Below, piece by piece: positions 51,466 to 64,000 of a DNA stretch of 64,000 bases; the stretch's first letter is position 1; every line of letters starts with the position of its first letter. This stretch comes from Octopus sinensis (taxonomy: Eukaryota): positions 47,864,001 through 47,928,000 of the forward strand of contig NC_043003.1 in NCBI RefSeq assembly GCF_006345805.1, written 5' to 3'. The translations under genes and the position numbers were made by a program. The notes below the pieces were generated by a model. The model worked only from the letters and a program-made list of their open reading frames with translations, was not told the origin of the DNA and did no database searches.

Positions 51466-51682
51466 ATGTATTTATATACATATTTTGTATCGTCTTCTAA
51501 ATGTTTTAAGTTCTTGTCCCAGTTTGTATTTTTCTACATATAATAATATATATAGCGGCGTCCGTACCCTCTTTGGCCTTGTATGTAAGTACATATTTCT
51601 TTAAATTTGGTACGACTCTATTACACTGTCTCTCTCTCCTACATTTCTCTGCCTTTCACACTTTCCACTCTACTTTGATCTG

Positions 51683-51719
<37 letters not shown>

Positions 51720-53341
51720 CTCCTCCACCTTTTCTCTTTTCTTGCCTCTGACTCTTTGGTCTCCTCTTCCCCCACTCTCTCACATTTCTCTGTCTTTCTC
51801 ACTTTGCACCTCACTGATTCTGTCGCCAAGCCAATCCTTGGCACGCTCTCTTTCTTCTCCCCTCTTTAATTCCTTCTTTCTCTCTCTTCTCCCCCCTTTG
51901 GTGCCTTCGTCCCTCTTTTTCTCTCTCTCTTTGATTCCTTTGCCTCCTTTTTTTCTCTCTCTTCTTGGTCAACCAGCCTTTTGGCTTCTGACCAGCACGA
52001 GAAAGTCAACTAAAACTATGTTGTGAGTTCTATAAAGTTGGATACCATAAGAGTGCTGCAATTATTACACCTCTTCTGTCCCTCATCAACAATAACAAGA
52101 GGGAAAAAATGGTGTTGAGACTATCAGAAGTGGTTCATGGTTCAATGGAACAATGTAACCATCATGATATATCTATAAAGTCCAGTCTGATATACTGGGT
52201 GATTATTACTTCACTTAGAAATTGGGATTGGCAACAGGAAGGGGATCTGGTCATAAAAACTCTGCCTCAGTTTACTGTTATCTGACCCAAGTAAGCATGG
52301 AGAAGTAGATGTTAAAGCAATGATGTTGGTAATAGTGATGATGATGATGATGATGTACTGCAAACAAAAACCAGCACTCACAAGCAAGTACGAGTTGGTT
52401 ATGATGTACCATGCTTTCACTGATTGTTTTAGGTGCCTATATGGTCATGGATAGGCATAGACATCAGCTTGGATCCCCAACTCATAACCAGGCAAAACAT
52501 TCAGAATATGACACTTTGAAGGAGAAAGGAACTGCACCACCGCTAGCACAATATATATTCCAGCTGAGTAGACAGGAGCAACATGAAATAAAATACCTTG
52601 CTCAAGGACATAACATGCCCCCTGGTCCAGAAATTGAATCAATGACTTTATGATCAGGGGTTGAATTCCTGGACCAACATCTTACTAGGTAATTCACCTT
52701 CATCTTATCCAATATGTGTGTGTATGAGTCTGAGAGTCCATAAGTCGAGAGAAAATGCACCTGTATATCTGTCAATAGAGTGGGTATATTAACCAGTGTA
52801 CAGTATTATATATCCATTATATATCCACTTGGTTTTGTATTGTGACATATTTCATTCCATAATGGCTAACTCTGATGAGCGCAGGGTTACATAATCGGAC
52901 TATTATCTAACACTCTGTTGAATTCTTAGCACGAAATTGATAGGTGAGATCAGCTGTAATGGTTGTATAATACTGTACACTTTGATTTGTTTGTTTGTTT
53001 GTATGTATGTATATATGTATGAATGTATACATACATACATTCATACATAAAAATGCTTTTTCTAATAAAATTGCACTTTATTTCTGAAGCTCCAATGAAG
53101 CTATAAGGTGATACATAAGCACTCAACTATGAGTGCATTGCATCTTATAGCAGAAACAACCATAAGCCAATGAAGTTCATTACATAATTTCTTGTTTCCT
53201 AGTCATTTATATACATACATATATATTGTGCATTTACTATACATTTTTAAACTTATATACAAGTTAAAAAAACATATAGTAAATGCACAAACGAATGGAA
53301 AACAGACACAGAATGGCAAGTTGAAAAACATAGCAAATGCA

Positions 53342-53376
<35 letters not shown>

Positions 53377-53379
53377 CTG

Positions 53380-55117
53380 TGCCGGTGGCATGTAAAAGGC
53401 ACCAACCGTTCGTGGCCGTTGCCAGCCTCCCCTGGCACCTGTACTGGTGGCACGTAAAAAGCACCCACAACACTCACAAAGTGGTTGGCATTAGGAAGGG
53501 AATCCAGCTGTAGAAACACTGCTAGATCAGACTGGAGCCTGGTGCAACCTCCTGGCTTCTACTCTTTTGTCTGTCTATCTTGCTACCCATATTTCTCCAC
53601 ATAATGAACTCTTCCTTGTTATCAATTATGTCCTTAGCATGTCTTTGTACTAAACAAAATCTATTTTGTTTTTGTTAGAGTCATTGTTTTTAATAAAACA
53701 CATTCATACACAGGCCTATCACTTTGAGCCCTTTATTGTAAATAGTCTATGTTTTTATACTAGTAACCACAACGCAGACAGACCAAACAAAATTGGACTG
53801 GATCTACCTATTTAATAACCTACACACACACACACGTAGATATATTTATATATTGTTTATTTATTATGGTAGTTTTGACTTTAAGAGTCCCTCCTAGCGT
53901 GAGGCATTTATGTATAGTAATGCCCTTAATATAAGTAGATATATTTATATGGCACGTCCGTGCCGGTGGCACGTAAAAAGCACCATCTGATCGTGGTTGT
54001 TTGCCAGCTTCGTCTGGCACCTGTGCCGGTGGCACGTAAAATGCACACACTACACTCACGGAGTGGTTGGCATTAGGAAGGGCATCTAACTGTAGAAACA
54101 CTGCCAGATCAGACTGGGCCTGGTGCAGCTTTCTGGCTTCCCAGACCCCAGTTGAACCGTCCAACCCATGCTAGCATGGAAAGCGGACGGTAAACGATGA
54201 TGATGATGATGATATATACCTACACATATACATCTGTATATACATATACACACACACACACACACACACATATATGTATAAACACATATATATATATATA
54301 TATATATACACATGCACACATATTTACACACACACACATACACACACAGTGGTTGTTGTGCACATCAAGAAATTGTAAATATATACACAGACAATTTGCA
54401 ATAATTTTATTAGTTTTACAGATACATACAACACATGTACATATATATGCCTGCACTCAGTTTTGGGCTAGTGGAGGTAAAGACAGATGTATAAAAATAG
54501 AGGCTGCACAGTTATCGAGTTAATATCAGTTGAAATATAACTATGTAGAAAACTAATAAAATTATTGCAGACTGCTGGTGTAATATATTTACAACTTCCT
54601 CTTGTACACAACAAACCACTATTGATTTTCATTGCACTCTGCAACACATTGAATATGTTACCATACTGTGACACATGACACATATATTATGTTAATGCAA
54701 AATATCAACGTAGGGCATATTTCTGACAATGTGTGTGTGTGTGTGTGTGTGTATGTGAGAGAGAGCGAGCGCTGAGAGATAAACTGGATATAAAGGATAT
54801 TAAATGCAGTGTGCTGATATGGACATGAAATATGAAATGCATATAGAGGATGACAGCTGTATAAAGCAGTGCAGGACACTCAAAGAAGACATAACTTGTG
54901 GATGTGAAAGAGAGAGAGACCTAGAGAGACAGGGACTGGTGGTGAAGACTGGCCTTAGTATGTTGAATTGCATAAAAGAGCTGACCAATGACTGCAATGA
55001 TAAGCAGTATTCAGAGCTGGATAAAATCTGTCCACTGGTGCAAGCATGGCTAAACAAATGATGAATTAACGCTAGTGGTCAATACTGATTATATATGTGT
55101 GTGTGTGTGTGTGTGTA

Positions 55118-55166
<49 letters not shown>

Positions 55167-55390
55167 CGTAAAAAGTACCATCCAATCGTGGCCATTTGCC
55201 AGCCTCGTCTGGCACGTAAAAAGCACCCACTACACTCATGGAGTGGTTGGCATTAGGAAGGGCATCCAGCCGTAGAAACATTGCCAGATCAGACTGGGCC
55301 TGGTGCAGCCTTCTGGCTTCCCAGACCCCAGTTGCACTGCCCAACCCATGCCAGCATGGAAAGCAGACGCTATACGATGATGATGATGAT
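53380..55390 (+). mobile_element. Several RTE 3'UTR-derived fragments (53380-53560, 53955-54210, 55162-55390) and a decayed RTE ORF end (54800-55020)
   Basis: ggcacgtaaaaagcacccactacactc..gagtggttggcattaggaagggcatccagc motif with (GAT)n tails; similar copies at 60640-61078 and 61217-61655. Confidence 0.75.
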
Positions 55391-57104
55391 ATATATCCAC
55401 TGTTGGTGCTCTTACCTAATTCGTCTCTATGAAGCCTGCATCCAATGCTCCACAATGCCTCTTTGGAACCTGTCATCTCTTTATCATTCATTGCTGTTAC
55501 TCATACTTTCTGTTACTATCATTTATCTCTATTACACACATTTCCTCATCACTCACACCCTCTGTACTACTCTCTCTCCAATTCACATCATTATTCTGTC
55601 TATGCAGCCAGGAATAGCACTGATCTGTCTAGCCCTTTCATCTCTCTGACACCTTCCTTTCAATACTTGTTGCTCACCAATGTATCAAAAGAATGGTGTG
55701 CAGGCTACCATCTACTTTTATTACCACTTAAAAAGAAACTCCAATGGCTCAGTTCATATCTGATATATGCAACAACCTTTCTGTATTGCCAGACATCACT
55801 CCTTCTCCCCTCACATAAGCCATCCACTACTGACATCCATCACACTCACTCTCTTTCATCATTGCATATCTCTATTACCATCCATCACCTGCTCAATCAC
55901 ATTCTCACACCTGCAAACATGTAGCTGCCATTACTGTCTTGCCTCTATTACTCCACCTACCAGCAGTATCACTCTTCCATCATTCCACCCTCACACATCA
56001 ATCACTCTGTGTTCCCTATCATCTCCTTGCTACTCTCATCTCGACCCTCCAGTCCTTGTTCACCTTTGTCCACCCTCTCTAAGCCACACTACCTTGAACT
56101 GAGACAATAAGAGAGTCCCTTTGATATTATCAAGGAAATGATAACTCCTTTAGTTTTGGTACCATGATCAAATGCCCATGGTGTACTCAGTAAGAAAGCC
56201 ACTGTTAGGAAATGCATCCTTAGAACCCTTACAAAAAGTGTGATGTATGAGTGCAACAGACTCTCTCAACTCATGCTAAAGGACAGTAATTCTAAAAGAG
56301 AACTGATTTGAACTGGGGCAACATGTGTTGTGTGTGTGGCAGGGAGTGAGAGGCATAGCCATGAGGATTTGGGTTTAGTTCCACTGCATGACATCTTGTG
56401 CATGTGTCTTCTTTTATAATCATGTACTGGCCAATGCATTGAGTGCAATTGGTATATGAAATTTAAGCAGAAACCCATTGTATGTGTGTGTATGGTATAG
56501 CTGTTGGGCTTCATGGCCAAGGGCAGACTTGTAAAACTTGGAAATTTTTTAAATAACATTCATCATCATATTTTTAAAACCACTTTAAAAAGAACTCATA
56601 AATGCACTATTTGTTTGTAATGCCCTGTGTTGTCCCATATATATATGTCTTGCAAACAACTTGCACATGCAAGTGCTACCAGTCAAAAGTTCCGTATACC
56701 GGAAGCCAGCAAGTGTAAGGGGTCATCAGGAGAGAATGCGTGCCGTTTCAGGGCCTACCTCTCGACGTCATCAATGCGCACCGGCCCCCCTCACTGATAT
56801 GAGGCCCTGCTTGCTAGATCAGTAATTACTGTAATAAAGAATATAATATGATATATAATTATTGTAATAAAGAATCATCTCTTAGGTACATCTCATCGAT
56901 AAGAGTCAATAAACTTGAAACATCAATGTCTGAGACTCTCAAGAGAGGGTGACACTGAATGAATCGGGTGTTTTCACACCTTTTTACCACAAGAGAGATT
57001 TTTTCTCCATGGTAACTTTAGCAGTTGAAGTGTGTGACAAACATATTTGAACTAACCTAAATTGTGATTATACATAAACACTGCTTTTGTGCCATTACTT
57101 TGTT

Positions 57105-57582
57105 AAATATATATATGAAAGATGGTTTGAAAATGCAATTTTAAAGTTGTTTATTCACTTGACAGGTTTCACTTTTTGAGAAAAAGATTGTGAAAAGTAA
57201 AATGTAAAGGTTTGTATAAGCTTTGTTGTGTTAAGTACTGGTTGTCACAAAATTATTAAAATACATATATACATTCTTTGATAATAATAACATAATGTGA
57301 AAAACAGTTTTCAAGAAAGTATTTAAGAAAATATTCAACAAAAAAAAGTATTAGGAGTTCAATATAAATCATGTTTGTTTGACAGTATATATATACATAC
57401 ACAGAATAAGTATTTGGAGTTCAATAAAAATCATGTTTGATAGTATATATATACACAGAAGGAGATATGTTTAAGAATTTACAAAAAATTGGAGAGAAAC
57501 CAACCTGCGTTTTGTCATTTTTTCTACACAGGTTGGTTTCTCTCCAATTTTTTGTAAATTCTTAAATATGTCTCCTTCTGTG

Positions 57583-57630
<48 letters not shown>

Positions 57631-57919
57631 ATATATATTATATACCAAAAAACATGATTTATATTGAACTCCTAATACTTTTTTGTTGAATATTTTCTTA
57701 AATACTTTCTTGAAAACTGTTTTTCACATTATGTTATTATTATCAAAGAATGTATATATGTATTTTAATAATTTTGTGACAACCAGTACTTAACACAACA
57801 AAGCTTATACAAAGCTTTACATTTTACTTTTCACAATCTTTTTCTAAAAAAGCGAAATCAGTCAAGTGAATAAACATCTTTAAAATTGCATTTTCAAACC
57901 TTCTTTCATATATATATTT
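57105..57919. repeat. Inverted repeat with ~400-bp arms (57105-57507 / 57529-57919)
   Basis: Reverse-complement arms; the right arm has a (TA)n expansion and the left arm a small tandem duplication. Confidence 0.9.
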
Positions 57920-57955
57920 CCACTCGTGTGTTATCTTACAACTTTACTTTGTTAT

Positions 57956-58009
<54 letters not shown>

Positions 58010-58039
58010 CATTCAAAGGAATTCCAAGTCTGTTTTTCT

Positions 58040-58077
<38 letters not shown>

Positions 58078-58081
<4 letters not shown>

Positions 58082-58353
58082 TGCAGCGTGGAAGGTGTTT
58101 ATAAGCCATTTAAGAAACACACAAAAGCTGTTCGATTCACTTCAACATTTAAGTTTAATTTGTCAAAATATTTTCGTCGCTAAAATCCGCGACCTGTTCA
58201 CTGACAAAAATCCGTGCTGCATTTTGTCAGTGAACAGGTCGCGGATTTTAGCGACGAAAATATTTTGACAAATTAAACTTAAATGTTGAAGTGAATCGAA
58301 CGGCTTTTGTGTGTTTCTTAAATGGCTTATAAACACCTTCCACGCTGCAATTG
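58078..58353. repeat. Near-perfect palindrome (132-bp arms, 12-bp spacer) beside (TA)n
   Basis: 58078-58209 is the reverse complement of 58222-58353. Confidence 0.95.
58223..58272 (+). ncRNA. Hammerhead-like motif with G3-C8 core variant (mirror at 58159-58208, -)
   Basis: tttgtca-GTGAACA-g-gtcgc-ggatttta-gcgac-GAAA-atat-TT-tgacaaa; 7-bp stem I, 5-bp stem II, palindromic stem III. Confidence 0.62.
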
Positions 58354-58407
58354 TTTTCGTTTCAGCACACGATCTCAGATCAAATTACTTGCTATGCGAG
58401 TACATCT

Positions 58408-58464
<57 letters not shown>

Positions 58465-60056
58465 CATACATATATATGAACATATTTGTCTGTATGTGCA
58501 TAAAGAGAACAAAAGTATTGTATGTTAACTATGTTCAATAAATCTCTCTCTCTCTTCCTTTCTTTCTCCCTCCCTCATCCTCCCGTTCGTCCCTTTTTGT
58601 CCTCTCTCTCCTTTTCTTATTCTTTTTATCTATAAGTTAATATTCTTACTCTTTTTATTTAACATGTGGAGGAGGGGCCCCCCATTGCCAAAAAGTACTG
58701 TCACCAAAACAGTCTGAATGTCCATTTAGCCATGCCTAATCATCAGTGTCCAAGCAGCTTTACCCAATCAGATCATTCTGCTTGCACACAAGACATTCAA
58801 AAATACTTTTGTCTTACTAACCACTAATAACTTATGAAACGATATTATAATTTTCAATTTATTCAAAAATCTTCATGAACTCATTTTATTTCTGGGTTAA
58901 CCAATATCAGTCAATGTACATGTGGAGTAATTTTCAGTTAAAAAACAATGATATGACTATTTCAGTTTTACATAACCTCTGTGTATGAGATATCTGACAG
59001 AGATAAGAAAAATGTGTCTTTGTCTTTTCTCACTTGTTAATTATGACCGAGTATTACGAGTTTTTAATTTATTCATTAATTTCTTTGTGGACATTGTGCT
59101 TGAAAAGACATGTCAAGTGAAGTAAAAGTGTGGTTGTCTTTACATACAGGCTTATCCCCTGCATCCCTCTCCAACTGAGAATTCTTAATCTTTTGGGCTT
59201 GTAGATGTTGGTGCCATGTAAAAAGTACCTGGTAGTCCCTGTAAAGTGGTTAGCATTAGGAAGGGCATCCAGCTGTAGAAACCAAGCCAAAACAAACATG
59301 AAACCTGGGCAGCCTGTATGTATGGATGACAGTGATTTTACTTAACACATTGACTGATTTACGCTAGTAGATTGCCTGATTGAGAAAAATATCGGAGTAA
59401 TGGTGCTAAGCAGTGTTTACACATAATCAGTGTATTTGCCTTTAGCAGTTGAAATATATAACAAACATATTTCAACTAACCGAAATTGTGATTATACATA
59501 AACACTGTTTTTTCTCGATTGGGCAATCTACTAGTGTAAATAAGTCTATGTGTTGGCTGAATTATATATAAGACTATAAGCTTTATCAGTTCATTCAGAG
59601 TTGCCTCTCTTAGGTACATCTCATTGATAAGAGTCAATAAACTCAAAACATCAATGTCTGAGATTCCCAAGAGAGGGTGACACTGAACGAATGGAGTGTT
59701 TTCACAGCTTTTTAACATAAGAGAGATTTTCCTCTACAGTAAGTGCAGTGTATTTACCTTCAGCAGTTGAAATACGTAACAAACATATTTCAGCTAACCT
59801 AAATTGTGAATATATATATATATATTGTCCACAGGGGGCTAAACATAGAGGGGACAAACAAAGTGATTAAGTCAATTACATCAACCCCAGTGCGTAACTG
59901 GTACTTATTTAATTAACCCCGAAAGGATGAAAGGCAAAGTCAAGCTCAGTGGAATTTGAACTCAGAACATAACAGCAGACAAAATACGCTAAGCATTTCG
60001 CTCGGCGTGCTAATGATTCTGCCAGCTCGCCGCCCTGATATATATATATTATATAT

Positions 60057-60119
<63 letters not shown>

Positions 60120-62162
60120 CGAGAGAGAGAGAGAGAGAGAGAGAAAAGAAAACAAGAGAAACATTAAAACATCTGTGTCAAATCAGTGCCAAACAGACAG
60201 TTCCAAACCAACTGTGCCAAAACATCCCATACCCATTCACAAGGGATACGGAAAATGGAAATTGTGACTGCTGATTTTTAACTTTCTTCATCAGAACAGT
60301 CTGTCACGTGCACATAAAAACATTGGTTAAATCATAGATAAGATAACTTCATTAAAGATATGATTGAATAGTTTATGCTTTGTATTATCCTATCATAATT
60401 AATATGTCATTGGTAAGAAAGAAAAAAAATTGAGAAGTTATGTTATCTCTTTATCAGATGTTTCGTGTATGACAGATACAAAAAAACAAAAAAACTAAAA
60501 TGGTCAATGTCAACACAAGCCAACATGTGTTTAGTGCAGCAGACATTGGTTACGTTAAAAATAGAAAAAGGTTCATAGAGAAATTTACAAATAAACTGAA
60601 AATCATAATTTACTTTCATGATTAATAAGTAGTCATTAAAAAGAAGACCTGTTGAGGCAAGTGAAAATCAAAAATCGAAGTCGATCAACATCAATGGAAA
60701 TTGTAGCTGTGATACCAGTGCTGGTGGCACGTAAGAGAACCATCTGAACGTGGCTGTTGCCAGCACCGCCCTGACTGGCCTCCATGCCAGTGGCATGTAA
60801 AAAGCACCATCCGATCGTGGCCGTTGCCAGCCTTGCCTGGCCTCTGTGCCAGTGGCACGTAAAAAGCACCATCCGATCGTGGCCGTCTGCCAGCCTCGTC
60901 TGGCACGTAAAAAGCACCCACTACACTCACGGAGTGGTTGGCATTAGGAAGGGCATCCAGCCATAGAAACATTGCCAGATCAGACTGGGCCTGGTGCAGC
61001 CTTCTGGCTTCCCAGACCCCAGTTGAACCATCCAACCCATGCTAGCATGGAAAGCAGACGCTTGATGATGATGATGATTTTCATCAAAAGGGTTGTGTAC
61101 AAAGAATACAGACATTGAAATTGGGTATATCTGTGTGTGTGTGTGTGTGAATGTACATGCACAGTCAGGATTTAGATAAAAACTATTTACTTAGCACTTT
61201 CATCCCTTTAAAGGATTCATCATCATCATTGTTTAATGTCCATTTTCCATGCTGGCATGGGTTGGAAGGTTTCACAGGAGCTGGCCAGCCAGGGAGCTAT
61301 CCAGACTCCAATTGTCTGTTGTGGCATGATGGTTTCTACAGCTGGATGTCTGTTGTAATGCCAACCATTTTACAGAGTGTGCTGGATGCTTTTTACATGC
61401 CACTGGAATGGATGCGTTTGTGCAGCACTGGCACCTGTAAAGGACAAGCCTGTATGTATGGATGACAGTGATTTTGCTTAACTCGGCACATCTTCTCAAG
61501 TACAGCAAATCACCACAACTCCCAGTCCCTCTTTATCTCCCACAGCAAGGCTCAGCATCCAAAGATCCTTTCTCACCACTTTGTCACACATCTTCCTGGG
61601 TCTACTCCTTCCACAGTTTCCCTCCACAGTTAGAACTCAGCACTTCTTTATGCAGGATTCAACGAACAACTGTGCTAAATAGATAGTTTTATCCAAATCC
61701 TGACTACTTCCTTTTCCTTTATATATATAAAAAATGAACATGTGCATGTGAGTTTGTCCCATTATAGCAAGAAAGGCTACAGTAACTATATAAAAACTAA
61801 CAGCTAATTCTTGTGTAAAATTTTCCATGAAAGACAATGGAAGTGGTTCTGAGTCTCTAGGTGCCCTTCGAAGGGAGCTATGGGCCCTTTTCCAACATGT
61901 TGTACATATCACAGTTCCTCAAAAAATGAGCTAAGTGAGATAATTAAATGTAAGTTGCCTTTTGACAGCATTATTATATTTCTTTAATTCATTTTATATT
62001 CATATCTGTAGAAGATCAGTTTTGTTGTTTTGGCTGCCTAGCTTAAGAATATAAACCGTAACTTAGATTTCACTCCAACATTTTTCCTTTCTTTAATGTA
62101 TACCACATCAGAATTTATGAGGTCAGCTTTATGAGCAAATGGCATCAGCCACTTCACCAGCA

Positions 62163-62213
<51 letters not shown>

Positions 62214-62415
62214 TGGACTAGTGCAATGATCTTTATGTTTGCGGTTTCCAGTTTCCATGCCATGTAGCTAGGTTCAGCTGAACCCAGTCTGACTCATTCA
62301 AAAGAGAGCCTGAATGATGAAGAACTCAAGAGAAACAGGTCCCTAGACCAGCCCAAATAAATTACTGCACTCTATATCCATAGTGAGTGCTTCTTCTCCA
62401 GTTTGTTACCTAACA

Positions 62416-62459
<44 letters not shown>

Positions 62460-63227
62460 GTATATGTAACAGTTACATGATGGAAGAGTAATGTTAGTTA
62501 AAAACACATGGAAATCTTTCATTTTCATTTATTTAAAGATTTGATCCTCCTTATTTTTAGAGGGTGTTAGTGGAGGTATTGGTGAAGGAGTTTGATTCCC
62601 AACCACATGGTTCTGGGTTCAGTACTACTGCATGGCATCTTGAGCAAGTATCTCTTTCTTCAGCTCTGGGCCAACCAAAGTCTTGTGAAAGGATTTGGGA
62701 GACAAAAACTGAAACTCAATTGTATAAATAGATGTGTGTGTGTGAGTACATGTGTGTTACTGTCTCCTTGCTTTGATATCATGTAATAGTTGTAAATGAG
62801 TGTCCCTGTCATACAAGCAGTGTCCTTTGTTTTTAATCTTCTATGGAAACATGGCCAGCCAAGAGGAAATATTACCTTACTTGGAAACAGGTGAGGGCTG
62901 ACCACAGGAGGAATATCCAGCTGAGTAAATCTGCCTAAACAAATTTTGTCTGACCTAAATAAGCATGGTAAAGTGAATGTTATGTGACAATGATGTTGAT
63001 GATCATGGTGACTGTATACCATTAGAATGTCAAGTTGTTTTGTTGCATTTCTGTGACAAAGTCATTAATTTGTGCAGTGAATTTGGTTCAGTAACCAGGT
63101 CATAAGTATGCAACAAAACGTGATGCTATACAAAACTATTAAGAAATATAAAAATTTGTTTTTAAAGTTGAATATGACTTGACTCATCACAATGGTGTGT
63201 GTATGTGTGTGTGAGAGAGAGAGAGAA

Positions 63228-63273
<46 letters not shown>

Positions 63274-63719
63274 TTCCAAAATATTGTTTATTGTAGAAAA
63301 TGTGTATTTCATTCACATATGTATACATAGAAAGTAATCATGCATATAACAGTTGAGGATCGTCATATACAAAGTAATATATATAAATAGTACCAATGGA
63401 AATTCTAGTTATTTTGAAAACTGGGGTACATGAAGAACAGTGAAAATTCAAAGAATAACATGGCCATTCATTATTAATATGTTCTAACAAATTCAAACAT
63501 ATATGATAGTTGCTTTTTGGTCATAAGAGAAACCTTCTTTCTCTTAGGTGATGTGTGTTCATAACACACATGATTGACTAGTTTAAAGGGACCTTGAAAG
63601 ACTTAAGTGTTTCAACCTCATTGCATGTCTCCTTAGTTGAAACAATCCAAAATTGAAACATCTGATTCTTTTGATGGTGTAAAATTTCACATAGATAGTA
63701 TTGAATGTAGTCTTAGGAG

Positions 63720-64000
63720 ACAGGAAGACCCCCCCCCTTCGGTCATGAATGACCATTGGACTGCACCTAGAAAGTTACCCTCTGAGGTACAAGTCCGGGC
63801 AAGATTGTTTATGGAAGGCCAGCAGTCACCCATGCATACCAGCCTCCCCTCTCCACACCACTGATGTTATCCAGTGATGTCGCAACTTATTTCTACAGCT
63901 GAGTGAACTGGAGCAACATGAAATAAAGTGTCTTGCTCAAGAACACAACATGCAGCCCGGTCTAGGAATTGAACTTACAACCTCACGATCGTAAGCTCGA
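63720..64000 (-). mobile_element. tRNA-derived CORE-like SINE running off the window end
   Basis: Minus strand B-box agttcaattcc, then cttgagcaagacactt..gctccagttcactcagctgtagaaa. Confidence 0.65.

Noticed and set aside
52698-52760. Possible upstream SRBD1 exon (VHFLSTYG..)
   Set aside because: It ends in phase 0 whereas the next exon needs phase 1, and the similarity is marginal.
52869-52950. CTGATGA...GAAA hammerhead candidate
   Set aside because: Stem II is mismatched and no UH site or stem I can be formed; at best a decayed copy.
56690-56820. GC-rich island with tgatga/gaaa motifs on the minus strand
   Set aside because: It could not be folded into a valid hammerhead topology; probably a TE fragment.
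57700-57870. Possible U3-A8 hammerhead with long stem II in the 57.1-57.9 kb inverted repeat (GAAA-N4-TC-aagtg)
   Set aside because: Stem I is not contiguous with the core, so it is too weak to call.

Overview
AT-rich eukaryotic genomic DNA with introns and a high density of repeats. The SINE/RTE repertoire and very long (TA)n tracts point to a coleoid cephalopod, most likely Octopus (inference). Two host genes lie tail-to-tail: the last three coding exons of CDC16/APC6 (+; 6188-6323, 8487-8577, 11553-11668) and the last two coding exons of SRBD1 (-; 50096-50194, 46685-46965). The rest is mostly mobile DNA: a full-length Helitron with only two 1-bp frameshifts (35277-41353), a non-autonomous Helitron, a complete but decayed Chapaev3 transposon, Tc1/mariner remnants, RTE and CR1 LINE fragments, a Penelope-like GIY-YIG retroelement, several tRNA-derived SINE families and a GC-rich satellite. 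The most notable signal is a set of long inverted repeats and Penelope-like termini sitting next to (TA)n tracts that carry minimal type-I hammerhead ribozyme folds with palindromic stem III. Across these copies, all four Watson-Crick versions of the catalytic-core 3-8 pair occur (C-G, U-A, A-U, G-C). Most ORFs in the supplied track are microsatellite artefacts.
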